NCBI GenBank assembly: GCA_021821945.1
Contig: JAJZTF010000003.1
Coordinates: forward strand, 67,615 to 131,614
Source of the DNA: Pseudomonadota bacterium
GTDB taxonomy: Bacteria; Pseudomonadota; Gammaproteobacteria; Burkholderiales; Gallionellaceae
DNA length: 64,000 nt
Reading direction: 5' to 3'
This document shows positions 35,197 to 44,951 of the stretch, piece by piece. Within the stretch, counting starts at the first letter, position 1. Each line of letters starts with the position of its first letter. The notes beneath the pieces are model-generated. The model had not been told where the DNA came from and did not search any database. It worked only from the letters and a program-made list of their open reading frames with translations. The translations under genes and the position numbers were made by a program.

Positions 35197-38085
35197 TTAA
35201 GAGGGTGCTGATTCGCTGTAACCCTTGTCCATACTGGCTAGCAGGTCCTCGAAGGCCTCGAGGGGAACCGGTCTGCTGAACAGGTATCCCTGATAGTCGT
35301 CGCAGCCATGTTGCTCGAGGAAGGCGCGCTGCTCTTCCGTTTCCACCCCCTCCGCGATCACGTCCAGGCCGAGGTTTCTGGCCATGCCTATGATGGTCTG
35401 AACGATCGCGGCATCGCTGGGGTCCGTGGTGATGTCCCGCACGAATCCCTGGTCTATCTTGATCTGCTGCAGGGGCAGGCGCTTGAGGTAGCTTAGCGAA
35501 GAATGGCCTGTGCCGAAATCGTCCACCGAGAAGCGCACGCCGATCGCGCGCAAAGCCTGCATCTTCTCGATGCAGCTGGCGACGTTCTCGAGCATCAGGC
35601 TTTCCGTGAGCTCCATCTTGAGCTTTAAAGGGTTCGCGCCGGTTTCCTCGAATATGCTGATCACCCGGCTTACGAAATCCGGCTGGCGGAACTGGCGTGC
35701 GCTGACGTTGACCGCGATCTGCAGGTGATGGGTAAGCGGGTTGCCCTGCCATGCCCTGAGCTGCAGGCAGGCGCTCTTCAACACCCATTCGCCGATCTGT
35801 ACGATGAGACCGCTCTCTTCAGCCACCGGTATGAATTTGACCGGGGAAACCAGCCCGCGCAGCGGGTGCTGCCAGCGCAGGAGCGCTTCAGCGCCCATCG
35901 CATCCCGGCCGTTGACCTGTATCTGGTAGTAAAGCTGGAACTGGTTGTTGGGCAGCGCCATGCGCAGGTCTTCCGCCATCGCCGTGCGTATCACGAGTTC
36001 TGCCTGCATACCGGGGTCGAAGAAGCAGATGGTGTTGCGCCCCTGTGTCTTGGCCTGGTACATCGCGTTGTCCGCATGCTTGAAAAGATCGTCCATGCTC
36101 GTCGCATTGCCGAGAAACAGGCTGATGCCTATGCTGCACGAGCTGTGATACTCGAACTCCTGGAGCGTGAAGGGCTGGCGCATCAGCGCGAGCAGTTTTT
36201 CCGCAATCTCCCTGGATGCGGCCGCCGCCTTCGCGCCATCCTCGTCCATTTCTTCGAGCATCACCACGAACTCGTCACCGCCCAGCCTCGCCACCGTGTC
36301 GGTGTCTCTCACGCAGCCCTGCAGGCGCCTTGCTGCTTCCATCAGCAGCAGATCGCCGATGTTGTGCCCTTTGGTGTCGTTGAGTATCTTGAAGTTGTCG
36401 AGGTCTATGAAAAGCAGCGCGCCGTACTTCCTGCGCCTTGCGCTGTTGTTCAGCGCCTGCTGCAGACGATCCTGCAACAGGCTGCGATTGGGCAGTCCTG
36501 TGAGCGGATCGTAGAATGCAAGCCTGTGTATCTCTTCTTCCGATTTCCTGCGCAGGGTGATGTCCGAGAACACGGAGACATAGTGGGTCACCCTGTCGTC
36601 TGCATCGGTCACTGCAGTCGTGGTCAGGGATATCGGGTAGATCTCCCCGTTCTTTCTCCTGCTCCACACTTCCCCCTGCCAGTATTTGTCGCGGTGGATG
36701 ACTTCCCACATGTCCGCATGGAAAGCCTCGTCGTGCCTTCCCGACTTCAGCATGGCGGGCGTCCGGCCCACTGCCTCCTCCATGCTGTAGCCGGTGAGCT
36801 GGGTGAAGGTCCGGTTGACCTTGAGTATCACGTGGTTCAAATCGGTGATCAGTATGCCTTCGCGGGTCTCGAATGCGGTGGCCGCGATGCGCAGATCCTC
36901 CTCGTTCCGTTTGCGCGCGCTGATGTCCCTGACCGATGCAAGAAAGAGCCGCCTTTCCTCTATGTTAACCTCGGTCACCTTGATGGCGATGGGGAAGGTG
37001 CTGCCATCCTTGCGCAGGGCATTCATCTCCGTGGTCACGCCGATGATGGCCGATTCCCCGGATTCGAGAGTGAGGGGCTTTCCCGTTTCACGGTAGCGCT
37101 TGAGCGCTGCATCGTGCCGATCGCGGTCAGATTCTGGGATCAGCATGCGGACATTCCGTCCTATGATTTCGTTCGGGGAATGGCCGAAAATCTCGTCCGC
37201 CGCGGGATTGCAGGCTTCGATGATTCCGTTCTCATCCATCACGATGACACCCACGCCAAGATTTTCGAGCAGCGCGCGCGCTCTTGATTCGGCGCTGCGC
37301 AAGGCCTGTTCGATGCGGTCGCGTTCGGCGTTGCTGCTTTGCAGATTGGAAACCAGGGAATTGAACGCCGCCGCCATCTTGGCCGTTTCGCTTGCGCCTT
37401 CGACTTTTACCCTTCTGGACAGGTCGCCGTCTGCCTGCATCTCCGTCATGGTCTCCTGCAGCGCCTTGACGGGGCGTATGAAGGAACGGACCAGATTCCA
37501 GATGATGAAGAAGAGCGTTGCCTGCAACAGGATCTGTCCCGTCCAGAGGCGTATCTTCGCAAGATGGATCCGTTCTTCTGCGCCGGAGAGGTCGATCAGC
37601 ATGCTGGCAGCCCCGTTCACGCTGCCGTTTGCGACATGGTGGCATCTCAGGCAATCCGTTCCCCTGAAGTTATGGCTCGCGATGAAAGGAACGACGACGC
37701 GCAGCATCGACTTGCCATTGACCTGCTGCGTGTAGATCTTCCCCGACTTCAGGACTTCCTTTTCGATCGGGTCGGCAGGCTGTTCTTCAGGAAGGCCCGG
37801 GCCGAACTGGTCGGATACCTGCTTTGCGCGGACGATGCGCAGGGATACGATGTCATTGGATTGCGCCATCTTGCGGATGAGGAGGGTGCGGTTGGCTGCA
37901 TCCGAGACCGTCCCCGTTTCCATCAGCATGTTCATGCCGTTGATCACGCCGTCTGCCGTGACCAGCGCGCGCTGACTCGTTTCGAACAGGATCTGATGCT
38001 CGGCCCGGGATACCAGCCATTGCAGGGCAAAAAAAAGCATGATGGCGATCACCCCCTGTATCAGGAGGGCAAGTTTCACCTGCAT
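35197..38085 (-). CDS. Sensor protein: periplasmic CxxCH (haem-c, DUF3365-like) domain, HAMP, 2-3 PAS domains, GGDEF and EAL
   Basis: The ORF track gives 35197-38199 with a TTG start. I prefer the ATG at 38085 (MQVKLALLIQGVIAIMLFF). Motifs seen: CLRCH, RLGGDEFVVML, EALLRW, ELTE and DDFGTG. Confidence 0.85.
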   Translation of the reverse strand: MQVKLALLIQGVIAIMLFFALQWLVSRAEHQILFETSQRALVTADGVINGMNMLMETGTVSDAANRTLLIRKMAQSNDIVSLRIVRAKQVSDQFGPGLPEEQPADPIEKEVLKSGKIYTQQVNGKSMLRVVVPFIASHNFRGTDCLRCHHVANGSVNGAASMLIDLSGAEERIHLAKIRLWTGQILLQATLFFIIWNLVRSFIRPVKALQETMTEMQADGDLSRRVKVEGASETAKMAAAFNSLVSNLQSSNAERDRIEQALRSAESRARALLENLGVGVIVMDENGIIEACNPAADEIFGHSPNEIIGRNVRMLIPESDRDRHDAALKRYRETGKPLTLESGESAIIGVTTEMNALRKDGSTFPIAIKVTEVNIEERRLFLASVRDISARKRNEEDLRIAATAFETREGILITDLNHVILKVNRTFTQLTGYSMEEAVGRTPAMLKSGRHDEAFHADMWEVIHRDKYWQGEVWSRRKNGEIYPISLTTTAVTDADDRVTHYVSVFSDITLRRKSEEEIHRLAFYDPLTGLPNRSLLQDRLQQALNNSARRRKYGALLFIDLDNFKILNDTKGHNIGDLLLMEAARRLQGCVRDTDTVARLGGDEFVVMLEEMDEDGAKAAAASREIAEKLLALMRQPFTLQEFEYHSSCSIGISLFLGNATSMDDLFKHADNAMYQAKTQGRNTICFFDPGMQAELVIRTAMAEDLRMALPNNQFQLYYQIQVNGRDAMGAEALLRWQHPLRGLVSPVKFIPVAEESGLIVQIGEWVLKSACLQLRAWQGNPLTHHLQIAVNVSARQFRQPDFVSRVISIFEETGANPLKLKMELTESLMLENVASCIEKMQALRAIGVRFSVDDFGTGHSSLSYLKRLPLQQIKIDQGFVRDITTDPSDAAIVQTIIGMARNLGLDVIAEGVETEEQRAFLEQHGCDDYQGYLFSRPVPLEAFEDLLASMDKGYSESAPS

Positions 38086-38195
38086 GCTCAGGGCATGCCA
38101 GCGATTCAGGATGCGCGCTGGTATGGAAATGGGGGGCTCCACAGTGGATTCACACCGGCCCGCATCATACTGAACAAGCGCGCTCTTGCAAACAG

Positions 38196-38954
38196 TCAAA
38201 GGCTGATCGCCTTGAGTTCGCTTCGCAGCCTGTGATAGTTTGGGCAGGCGATTTCCACTATGCGCCAGAATGCCTGAGAATGATTCATCTCGCGCAGATG
38301 GGCCAATTCGTGCACGATGACGTAATCGATCAGATAGTAGGGGAGCTTGACGAGCTGCACATTGAGCCTCACCTCCCCCAGTGACGTGCAGCTTCCCCAG
38401 CGCGTCTTCGCGGTCGTCAGCCTGATCGAGGAGGGGCTTACATCGAGTATCCTTGCATAGTGTTCTGCGCGTTCAATGAAAAGGGGAAGCGCCTGTTCCC
38501 GATACCAGCCCGACACCCTCTTCTCGATGCGCGATTCGCTTCCCTCGTCCCGCACCAGGAGCTCGTCTCCTGCCAGTTGCACGGCCTTGGGGAATGGGCC
38601 CAGGCGCAGCGTCAGTATCTCGCCCAGATAGTGGATGATCTCGCCGTCCTTCCATACCGGCTTCTCCGGCGCATGGGCCTGCCAGTCCTCAAGCTTGTCT
38701 ATCACCCAGCCCGCCCTTTGCTGCAGCACTTCATGAAGCCAGCTTTCGCTTGCCTTCAGCGGCATGCTGACGGTGAGGCCGCGGCCGTCGATGCGCAGGC
38801 CTATGCTACGTCGCTTGCCGCTGCGCTTCAGGGTGTAGGTGACATGCCGGCCTTCAAGCACCACGGAGCGCTGCTCGGCGGAATCAGCCGGATTGCCCAG
38901 CGCTTTTGACATCGGGTTGTTCATGTATGATTGGACTATGAAGCGGTGATGCAA
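38196..38954 (-). CDS. YgjP-like (DUF45/M48-related) zinc metallohydrolase
   Basis: HELAHLREMNHSQAFW is the HExxH motif in the typical YgjP context. The start is uncertain among several N-terminal Met codons. Confidence 0.7.
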   Translation of the reverse strand: MHHRFIVQSYMNNPMSKALGNPADSAEQRSVVLEGRHVTYTLKRSGKRRSIGLRIDGRGLTVSMPLKASESWLHEVLQQRAGWVIDKLEDWQAHAPEKPVWKDGEIIHYLGEILTLRLGPFPKAVQLAGDELLVRDEGSESRIEKRVSGWYREQALPLFIERAEHYARILDVSPSSIRLTTAKTRWGSCTSLGEVRLNVQLVKLPYYLIDYVIVHELAHLREMNHSQAFWRIVEIACPNYHRLRSELKAISL

Positions 38955-39018
38955 ATTTTACAAGAACTTCCGAACTGCACATAATGGTCCGGCATGGCCT
39001 GCTGACCTGGGGGGGAAC

Positions 39019-39906
39019 ATGATCAGATGGCTTTCCATTTTCATCCTGATGTTTTGCAGCGCCGCATACGGCGGTCCGCCTACACATCTCAAAGTCTACA
39101 TCTCGGCGGACATGGAGGGCGTAGGCGGCGTCAGTTCCGAGAAGGACCAGTCCAAGCCCGGAAGCGCCGATTACGAGAAATTCCGCAGGCTGATGACCGA
39201 GGAAATCAATGCGGCGATTTCTGGCGCCTATGATGCGGGTGCGACTGAGGTGCTTGTCAGCGATTCTCATTGGGCCGGCGATAACGTGGATCCGGAAATG
39301 CTCGATCCCAGGGCCGGGATGGTGCGCGGGTTTCCGCGGCCATTGGGCATGATGCAGGGCATCGATGCAAGCTTTGACGCGATTGTTTTCATAGGCTACC
39401 ACGCGAGCGAAGATGTAGAGGGTGCGATCCTCGCTCATCTGGAAGACGCAGACAAGATTGCCGGAGTGAAACTCAACGGGGTTGCCGTTCCGGAAGCCGG
39501 TTTCAATGCGGCGATCGCCGGTGATCTTAACGTGCCCGTGGTGTTTCTTTCCGGTGACAAGGCTGCCGCAGACGAGGCGATGCGCCTTCTCGGCCCCATC
39601 GACACCGTTGTCGTAAAAACCGGGTCGGGCTCCTATTCAGGCATGATGCTGCATCCCGAAAAAGTCCGGCGCATGATCCGCGAAGGGGTGAAACGCGGAG
39701 TCGAGAGGAGGCGGCAGCTGAAGCCTTACAGGGTCGCACATCCTGTAAGGCTCGAAATCGCATTCAAGGATACATTCTATGCGGAGATTGCTTCCTATTT
39801 CAGGCATGTCGAGCGGCCGACCCCGCATTCGATCGTTTACACCGCGAATGACATGGCGGATGCATCTCGTTTCTTCAACGCAATCGGCTATCTGGACGAG
39901 AAGTAG
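39019..39906 (+). CDS. M55-family D-aminopeptidase (DppA-like) with an N-terminal signal peptide
   Basis: KVYISADMEGVGGV and GYHA motifs. The N-terminus MIRWLSIFILMFCSAAYG looks like a signal peptide. Confidence 0.7.
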   Translation: MIRWLSIFILMFCSAAYGGPPTHLKVYISADMEGVGGVSSEKDQSKPGSADYEKFRRLMTEEINAAISGAYDAGATEVLVSDSHWAGDNVDPEMLDPRAGMVRGFPRPLGMMQGIDASFDAIVFIGYHASEDVEGAILAHLEDADKIAGVKLNGVAVPEAGFNAAIAGDLNVPVVFLSGDKAAADEAMRLLGPIDTVVVKTGSGSYSGMMLHPEKVRRMIREGVKRGVERRRQLKPYRVAHPVRLEIAFKDTFYAEIASYFRHVERPTPHSIVYTANDMADASRFFNAIGYLDEK

Positions 39907-39984
39907 CCGGCCTGTCTTCCATCCGGGTTGCAATGAAAGGGCGATCGACGGATCGCCCCGGTGCGGCCTGATTCGCCGCAAGAT

Positions 39985-40215
39985 CTAAAGGCCTGCCATG
40001 GCTGCTTTTGCATCGTATTGACGCACCATCTGCAGTATCTGCATGCCCTCTATTGCATCCGGATCGTACTTCACGATCAGCGCGTGGGGATGGGCGTGAT
40101 GGTTGAATTCTGCACAATCCACGCCTTCGCAGCTTTCCAGTTTTCGCGTCACGCCGGCCCTTTCGTTTTCATCCAGTTCTGGATGTATGTGAATGAGTAT
40201 ATCCGCTATGTTCAT
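39985..40215 (-). CDS. Small hypothetical protein (76 aa), His/Cys-containing
   Basis: Internal Met of ORF 39985-40299, reading MNIADILIHIHPELDENERAGVTRKLESCEGVDCAEFNHHAHPHALIV. It follows the 38-aa peptide gene. Confidence 0.45.
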   Translation of the reverse strand: MNIADILIHIHPELDENERAGVTRKLESCEGVDCAEFNHHAHPHALIVKYDPDAIEGMQILQMVRQYDAKAAMAGL

Positions 40216-40295
40216 GATGATCTCCACAGGTCGAGTTTCCTCCTGAAAAGGCTTGCAGGCTGGACTCCTTCCGGAGCCATGCCTGCTTGTTGTGG

Positions 40296-40412
40296 TCATA
40301 CGGCGGCCAGGAAAACAACGCCAAGCAGGCTGATGATGACGAGCATGGCGATGAAGAACCCGATGCTTTGCAAGACTTCGCTGTGCGGGTGATGGGAGAG
40401 ATGGAAGTTCAT
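40296..40412 (-). CDS. 38-aa small membrane peptide (not in the ORF track)
   Basis: My translation is MNFHLSHHPHSEVLQSIGFFIAMLVIISLLGVVFLAAV. A strong AGGAGG sits 7 nt upstream of the ATG. The peptide has a His-rich N-terminus and one TM segment. Confidence 0.4.
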   Translation of the reverse strand: MNFHLSHHPHSEVLQSIGFFIAMLVIISLLGVVFLAAV

Positions 40413-40488
40413 GATGGTAACCTCCTGTATTGGGATTTCAGGGTTTGCGATGGGGGGCGATCCCATTATGAACTTCCGAGTGGAATAG

Positions 40489-41205
40489 TCAAGTATGCGA
40501 CTGGTCGATGCGTTCGATCTCGGTTTCTATCCAGGACTCTGCCCGTGCGTTGATCTCCTCCGCCTTGAGGCCTGATGAGGGGATGAGGGGGCCTATGCTG
40601 ATGGTGATCACCCCGGGGCGCTTGATGAAGGAATTGCGTCCCCAGAGGCGCCCTGCATCGTGGGCGATGGGCAGAACCGGAACCTTGCTGGACGCGGAAA
40701 GCAGTGCACCGCCTATCTTGTATTTTCCGCGCTGGCCATACGGTATGCGCGTGCCTTCAGGGAAGATCACCACGAAGAAGCCCTGTGCCAGCCTCTTCTT
40801 GCCCTGGCTCAGGAGCTGCTTGACCGCACCCTTGCCGTCGCTGCGGTTGATCGCGATCGGGCTCGTCATCGCAAGCCCCCAGCCGAAGAAGGGCAGCCAC
40901 AAGAGTTCGCGCTTGAGCACCCATACCTGTGGCGGCAGGATCACCTGCAGGGCCAGCGTCTCCCACGCCGACTGGTGCTTGCAGAGCACGACGCAGGGTT
41001 CCTTGGGGATGTGCTCCCTGCCTATCACCCGGTGGCTTATGCCGCACACGGGGCGAAGCAGCCAGATCATCGTGCGCGCATAGCTCGAGATCAGCCGGTA
41101 GCGCGTGACCGGCGAGAAAGGGAAGGTCAGTATCGCCAGAGTGGAAAAGATCGGGGTCAGCAGAAGTTGCAGCAGCAGGAAAATCAGCGAACGTAGAAAC
41201 AGCAT
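40489..41205 (-). CDS. plsC: 1-acyl-sn-glycerol-3-phosphate acyltransferase
   Basis: 238 aa with KHQSAWET (an HX4D-type block) and FPEGTR. Confidence 0.8.
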   Translation of the reverse strand: MLFLRSLIFLLLQLLLTPIFSTLAILTFPFSPVTRYRLISSYARTMIWLLRPVCGISHRVIGREHIPKEPCVVLCKHQSAWETLALQVILPPQVWVLKRELLWLPFFGWGLAMTSPIAINRSDGKGAVKQLLSQGKKRLAQGFFVVIFPEGTRIPYGQRGKYKIGGALLSASSKVPVLPIAHDAGRLWGRNSFIKRPGVITISIGPLIPSSGLKAEEINARAESWIETEIERIDQSHT

Positions 41206-41206
41206 G

Positions 41207-41755
41207 TCAGGCCTGCGTGACGGGGTTCAGCAATCGGGTGACCAAGGCGGCGAGATCGCAGAACACCTGGGTTCCTTCGGGAAGATTGCCCGAGGCCTGG
41301 GTTCTTGCGCCCTTGCCGGTCAGGACGAGGCAGGGATGAGCGCCCAGTGCGGCCGCAGGAAGAAGGTCGCGCAGCGAGTCTCCCACCACGGGCACGCCGG
41401 CAAGGCTGGTGTTGAACCGCAGCGCGATTTCCTCCAGCATCCCCGTTTCAGGCTTGCGGCAATGGCAGCGGCTGTCCGCAGTGTGCGGGCAGAAAAAGAC
41501 AGCATCTATGCGCGCGCCGACCTGGGCGCATGCCTTGTGCATCTTGTCGTGTATCGAATTGAGCGTCGGCATGTCGAAAAGCCCCCTCCCTATGCCGGAC
41601 TGGTTCGTCGCCACCACCACGCGATAGTCCGCCTGATTGAGCCTGGCGATCGCCTCGAGGCTGCCGGGGATGGGGTACCACTCCGATGCGTTCTTGATGA
41701 ACTGGTCTGAGTCCTGATTGATCACGCCGTCCCGGTCCAGGATGATGAGTTTCAT
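41207..41755 (-). CDS. gmhB: D-glycero-beta-D-manno-heptose-1,7-bisphosphate 7-phosphatase
   Basis: [13 protein letters not shown] (HAD motif I) and a CxHx..C Zn motif (FFCPHTADSRCHCRKP). Confidence 0.85.
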   Translation of the reverse strand: MKLIILDRDGVINQDSDQFIKNASEWYPIPGSLEAIARLNQADYRVVVATNQSGIGRGLFDMPTLNSIHDKMHKACAQVGARIDAVFFCPHTADSRCHCRKPETGMLEEIALRFNTSLAGVPVVGDSLRDLLPAAALGAHPCLVLTGKGARTQASGNLPEGTQVFCDLAALVTRLLNPVTQA

Positions 41756-43878
41756 GACGCGAGCCTTGAGATGTCGGCAACGCGGTTCATCGCGCGATGC
41801 AATTGCAAAAGCAGCGCAAGGCGGTTGTTTCTCAGGTCAGCATCGTCGACATTCACCATCACGCTGTCGAAAAAGGCGTCCACAGGGGTCCTGAGTCCGG
41901 CGAGCGCCTGCAACGAGGACGTGTAATCGCCGGCAGCAAAGGCTTGCTCGGCACGCGGTGCGATTTCGATCAGCGAGCGATGCAAGGCCTGTTCGGGCGC
42001 TTCCAGAAGCCGCGCGACATCGACCGCTTCGCTGATCGCGCCTTCGGCCTTCTTCAGGATATTGCCCACCCGCTTGTTGGCGGCGGAAAGCGCGGGTGCC
42101 TCCGGCAGCGATGCGAAGGAGCGCACTGCCGCAAGGCGTCTTGCCGCATCGCTGAAATTCTGGATGCGCATGGAAAGCACCGCATCCACTTCCTGAGCCG
42201 TGTATCCCTGTTCGCGCATCATCCCGCCCAGACGTTCGAAGACGAATGTTTCGAGCCCGGATTGCGCATCGCTGAGCAACCCCGGGGGGAAGGCAGCAAA
42301 AGCGCCTTTCAGCAGATCTCCGATTTCCAGGGGGAGCTCCTTTTCGACAAGGGTGCGTATGATCCCCAGCGCGTGGCGGCGGAGCGCGAATGGGTCCTTG
42401 TCTCCCGTCGGCACCTGGCCTATCCCGAAGAGCCCTGCAAGGGTTTCGAGCTTGTCTGCCAGTGCAACGCAGATCCCAACTTCGTTGCGCGGCAACTCGT
42501 CGCCGGAAAAGCGCGGCCTGTAGTGATCCTCTATCGCATGGGCGATGTCGTCATGCTCTCCGTCGTGCTGCGCGTAATAGCGCCCCATGATGCCCTGGAG
42601 TTCGGGGAATTCGCCCACCATGTCAGTGAGCAGATCGGCCTTGGCAAGGAGCGCTGCGCGATCGGCGAGCCTTGCCAGCGCTTCGCCTCCAAGTTTCTCT
42701 CCTATGCTGCGCGCGATCGCCTGAACGCGCTCGACGCGCTCTCCCTGCGAGCCCAGTTTGTTGTGATACACGACCTTGGACAAGCCGAGCACGCGGGCAT
42801 CCAGCGGCTTTTTCCTGTCCTGGTCGAAGAAGAACTTCGCATCGGCAAGGCGGGGCCTGACCACGCGCTCGTTTCCGCCGATCACGAGGCTTGCATCCTG
42901 CGGCCTGATGTTGGAGACGATCAGGAACCTGTTGGTGAGTCTGCCATTTCCGTCCAGCAGTGGAAAATATTTCTGGTTCGCCTTCATGGTCAGGATCAGG
43001 CATTCCTGCGGAACCTCGAGGAAGGCTTCGTCGAAGGTACCGACGAGCACGTTGGGGCGTTCGACCAGCGACGTCACTTCGTCGAGCAGCGCCTCGTCCT
43101 CTATCGGTTTCAGGTTCAATTTTCCAGCGGCCTCTGAAAGCTGGCGTTCTATATCATTGCGGCGCTTTGCAAAGCTTGCGATCACAGCGCCTTCGCCTTC
43201 CATCTGCGCTTCGTAGCTGTCGGCATCTCGGATGACGATGGCATCAACGGCCGCCTCGAAGCGGTGGCCCTGTGTCTCGCGTCCAGCCTGCAATCCGAGG
43301 ATCGAGACCGGGACGATTTCGTCGCCGTGGAGCGCGACGAGAGAGTGGGCGGGGCGCACGAAATTGACCGTGGCCCATCCGTCGGCTGCGGGATCGGGGT
43401 AGGTCATTACCTTGGCGATAGGCAGCTTAGAGACAACATATTCCAGTGCCTTCTGCAGGCCTTCAGCAAGCGTTTCCCCGGTTTTGACTCTGTCCAGATA
43501 AAGGCTGCCATCCTCGCTTCTAAGAGAGGAAACGCACTCTTCACCCGCACCCAGAGAAGCAAGTTTTTTCAGCAGTGCGGGCGTGGGACGGCCTTCTGCA
43601 TCGAGGCCGACTTTCACAGGCATCAACTTGATGTTTTCGGTTGTGTCATGCGCCTTCTCCAGCACGTTCTTGATATATACAGCCAGTCTCCTGGGTGAGG
43701 CAAACCGTTTGACGTAATTTTCCTCCACCTCTGGGAAGGCCAAATCTATAGTGACCAATCCTCCTTGCAACATCAGGCTGCGTATCAATTCATCGGCAAA
43801 GCTCTCGCCCAGCTTCTTCAGGGATTTGGGCGGAAGCTCCTCGACGAAGAGTTCGATCAGAAGGCTTTTCGCGCTCAT
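41752..43878 (-). CDS. glyS: Glycine--tRNA ligase beta subunit
   Basis: 708 aa starting [13 protein letters not shown]. It is coupled to glyQ. Confidence 0.95.
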   Translation of the reverse strand: MSAKSLLIELFVEELPPKSLKKLGESFADELIRSLMLQGGLVTIDLAFPEVEENYVKRFASPRRLAVYIKNVLEKAHDTTENIKLMPVKVGLDAEGRPTPALLKKLASLGAGEECVSSLRSEDGSLYLDRVKTGETLAEGLQKALEYVVSKLPIAKVMTYPDPAADGWATVNFVRPAHSLVALHGDEIVPVSILGLQAGRETQGHRFEAAVDAIVIRDADSYEAQMEGEGAVIASFAKRRNDIERQLSEAAGKLNLKPIEDEALLDEVTSLVERPNVLVGTFDEAFLEVPQECLILTMKANQKYFPLLDGNGRLTNRFLIVSNIRPQDASLVIGGNERVVRPRLADAKFFFDQDRKKPLDARVLGLSKVVYHNKLGSQGERVERVQAIARSIGEKLGGEALARLADRAALLAKADLLTDMVGEFPELQGIMGRYYAQHDGEHDDIAHAIEDHYRPRFSGDELPRNEVGICVALADKLETLAGLFGIGQVPTGDKDPFALRRHALGIIRTLVEKELPLEIGDLLKGAFAAFPPGLLSDAQSGLETFVFERLGGMMREQGYTAQEVDAVLSMRIQNFSDAARRLAAVRSFASLPEAPALSAANKRVGNILKKAEGAISEAVDVARLLEAPEQALHRSLIEIAPRAEQAFAAGDYTSSLQALAGLRTPVDAFFDSVMVNVDDADLRNNRLALLLQLHRAMNRVADISRLAS

Positions 43879-44789
43879 GCCTCAATCTCCATTCTTGCCA
43901 GCATTTCCTTGGCCCATGCCTTGGGCGCCATCGGGAATCCTAGGCGCGCGCGGCTTTCGAGATAGGAGCCAGCCACGCTCTTGGCCAGATTGCGTATCCT
44001 GCCTATGTAGGCTGCGCGCTCCGTCACGGAAATCGCGCCTCTTGCATCCAGGAGGTTGAAGCTGTGCGCGGCCTTCAGCACCTGTTCGTATGCCGGGAGC
44101 GCAAGCCTGTTCTCCATCAGGTGCTTGGCCTGTTTCTCGTGGCTTGCAAAGGCATGCAGCAGGAATTCCACGTCGCTGTGCTCGAAGTTGTAGGTGGACT
44201 GCTCGACTTCGTTCTGGTGGTAGACGTCCCGGTACGATACACCCTCGGTCCAGGTCAGATCGAAAACGCTCTCCACCCCCTGAAGATACATCGCCAGACG
44301 TTCAAGCCCGTAGGTGATCTCGCCTGTGATCGGCCTGCAGTCTATTCCGCCCACCTGCTGGAAATAGGTGAACTGCGTGACTTCCATGCCGTTCAGCCAC
44401 ACCTCCCAGCCCAGCCCCCATGCGCCCAGCGTCGGATTCTCCCAGTCGTCCTCGACGAAGCGGATGTCGTTCTGCTTTAAGTCGAAACCCAGCGCCTCGA
44501 GCGAGCCGAGATACAGTTCGAGGATATTGGCCGGTGCCGGCTTCAGCACGACCTGGAATTGGTAGTAGTGCTGCAGGCGGTTGGGGTTCTCGCCGTAGCG
44601 GCCGTCCTTGGGGCGGCGCGATGGCTGAACATAGGCGGCCTTCCAGGGCTCAGGTCCCAGCGCGCGAAGGAAGGTCGCGGTGTGGGAGGTGCCCGCGCCG
44701 ACTTCCATGTCGTAGGGCTGCAGCAGCGCTGCGCCCTGCCTGTCCCAGTAGTCCTGCAGTTTCAGTATGATTTGCTGGAAGGTGAGCAT
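43875..44789 (-). CDS. glyQ: Glycine--tRNA ligase alpha subunit
   Basis: [27 protein letters not shown] is canonical. Confidence 0.95.
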   Translation of the reverse strand: MLTFQQIILKLQDYWDRQGAALLQPYDMEVGAGTSHTATFLRALGPEPWKAAYVQPSRRPKDGRYGENPNRLQHYYQFQVVLKPAPANILELYLGSLEALGFDLKQNDIRFVEDDWENPTLGAWGLGWEVWLNGMEVTQFTYFQQVGGIDCRPITGEITYGLERLAMYLQGVESVFDLTWTEGVSYRDVYHQNEVEQSTYNFEHSDVEFLLHAFASHEKQAKHLMENRLALPAYEQVLKAAHSFNLLDARGAISVTERAAYIGRIRNLAKSVAGSYLESRARLGFPMAPKAWAKEMLARMEIEA

Positions 44790-44951
44790 GAGTGATACCG
44801 GCAGTTGTCAAAGTCGCCATTTTAAGGGTTTTATCCCTGCCGCGTCAGCCCCGCGGATGATTTTTGCAGGTCGGGCTGGCGCTTCTTTGAGAACGCCCGT
44901 ATATTTGGCGTCACGCCTCGGGCGATAAAAACAATTCATCAGGGAGAGAAC

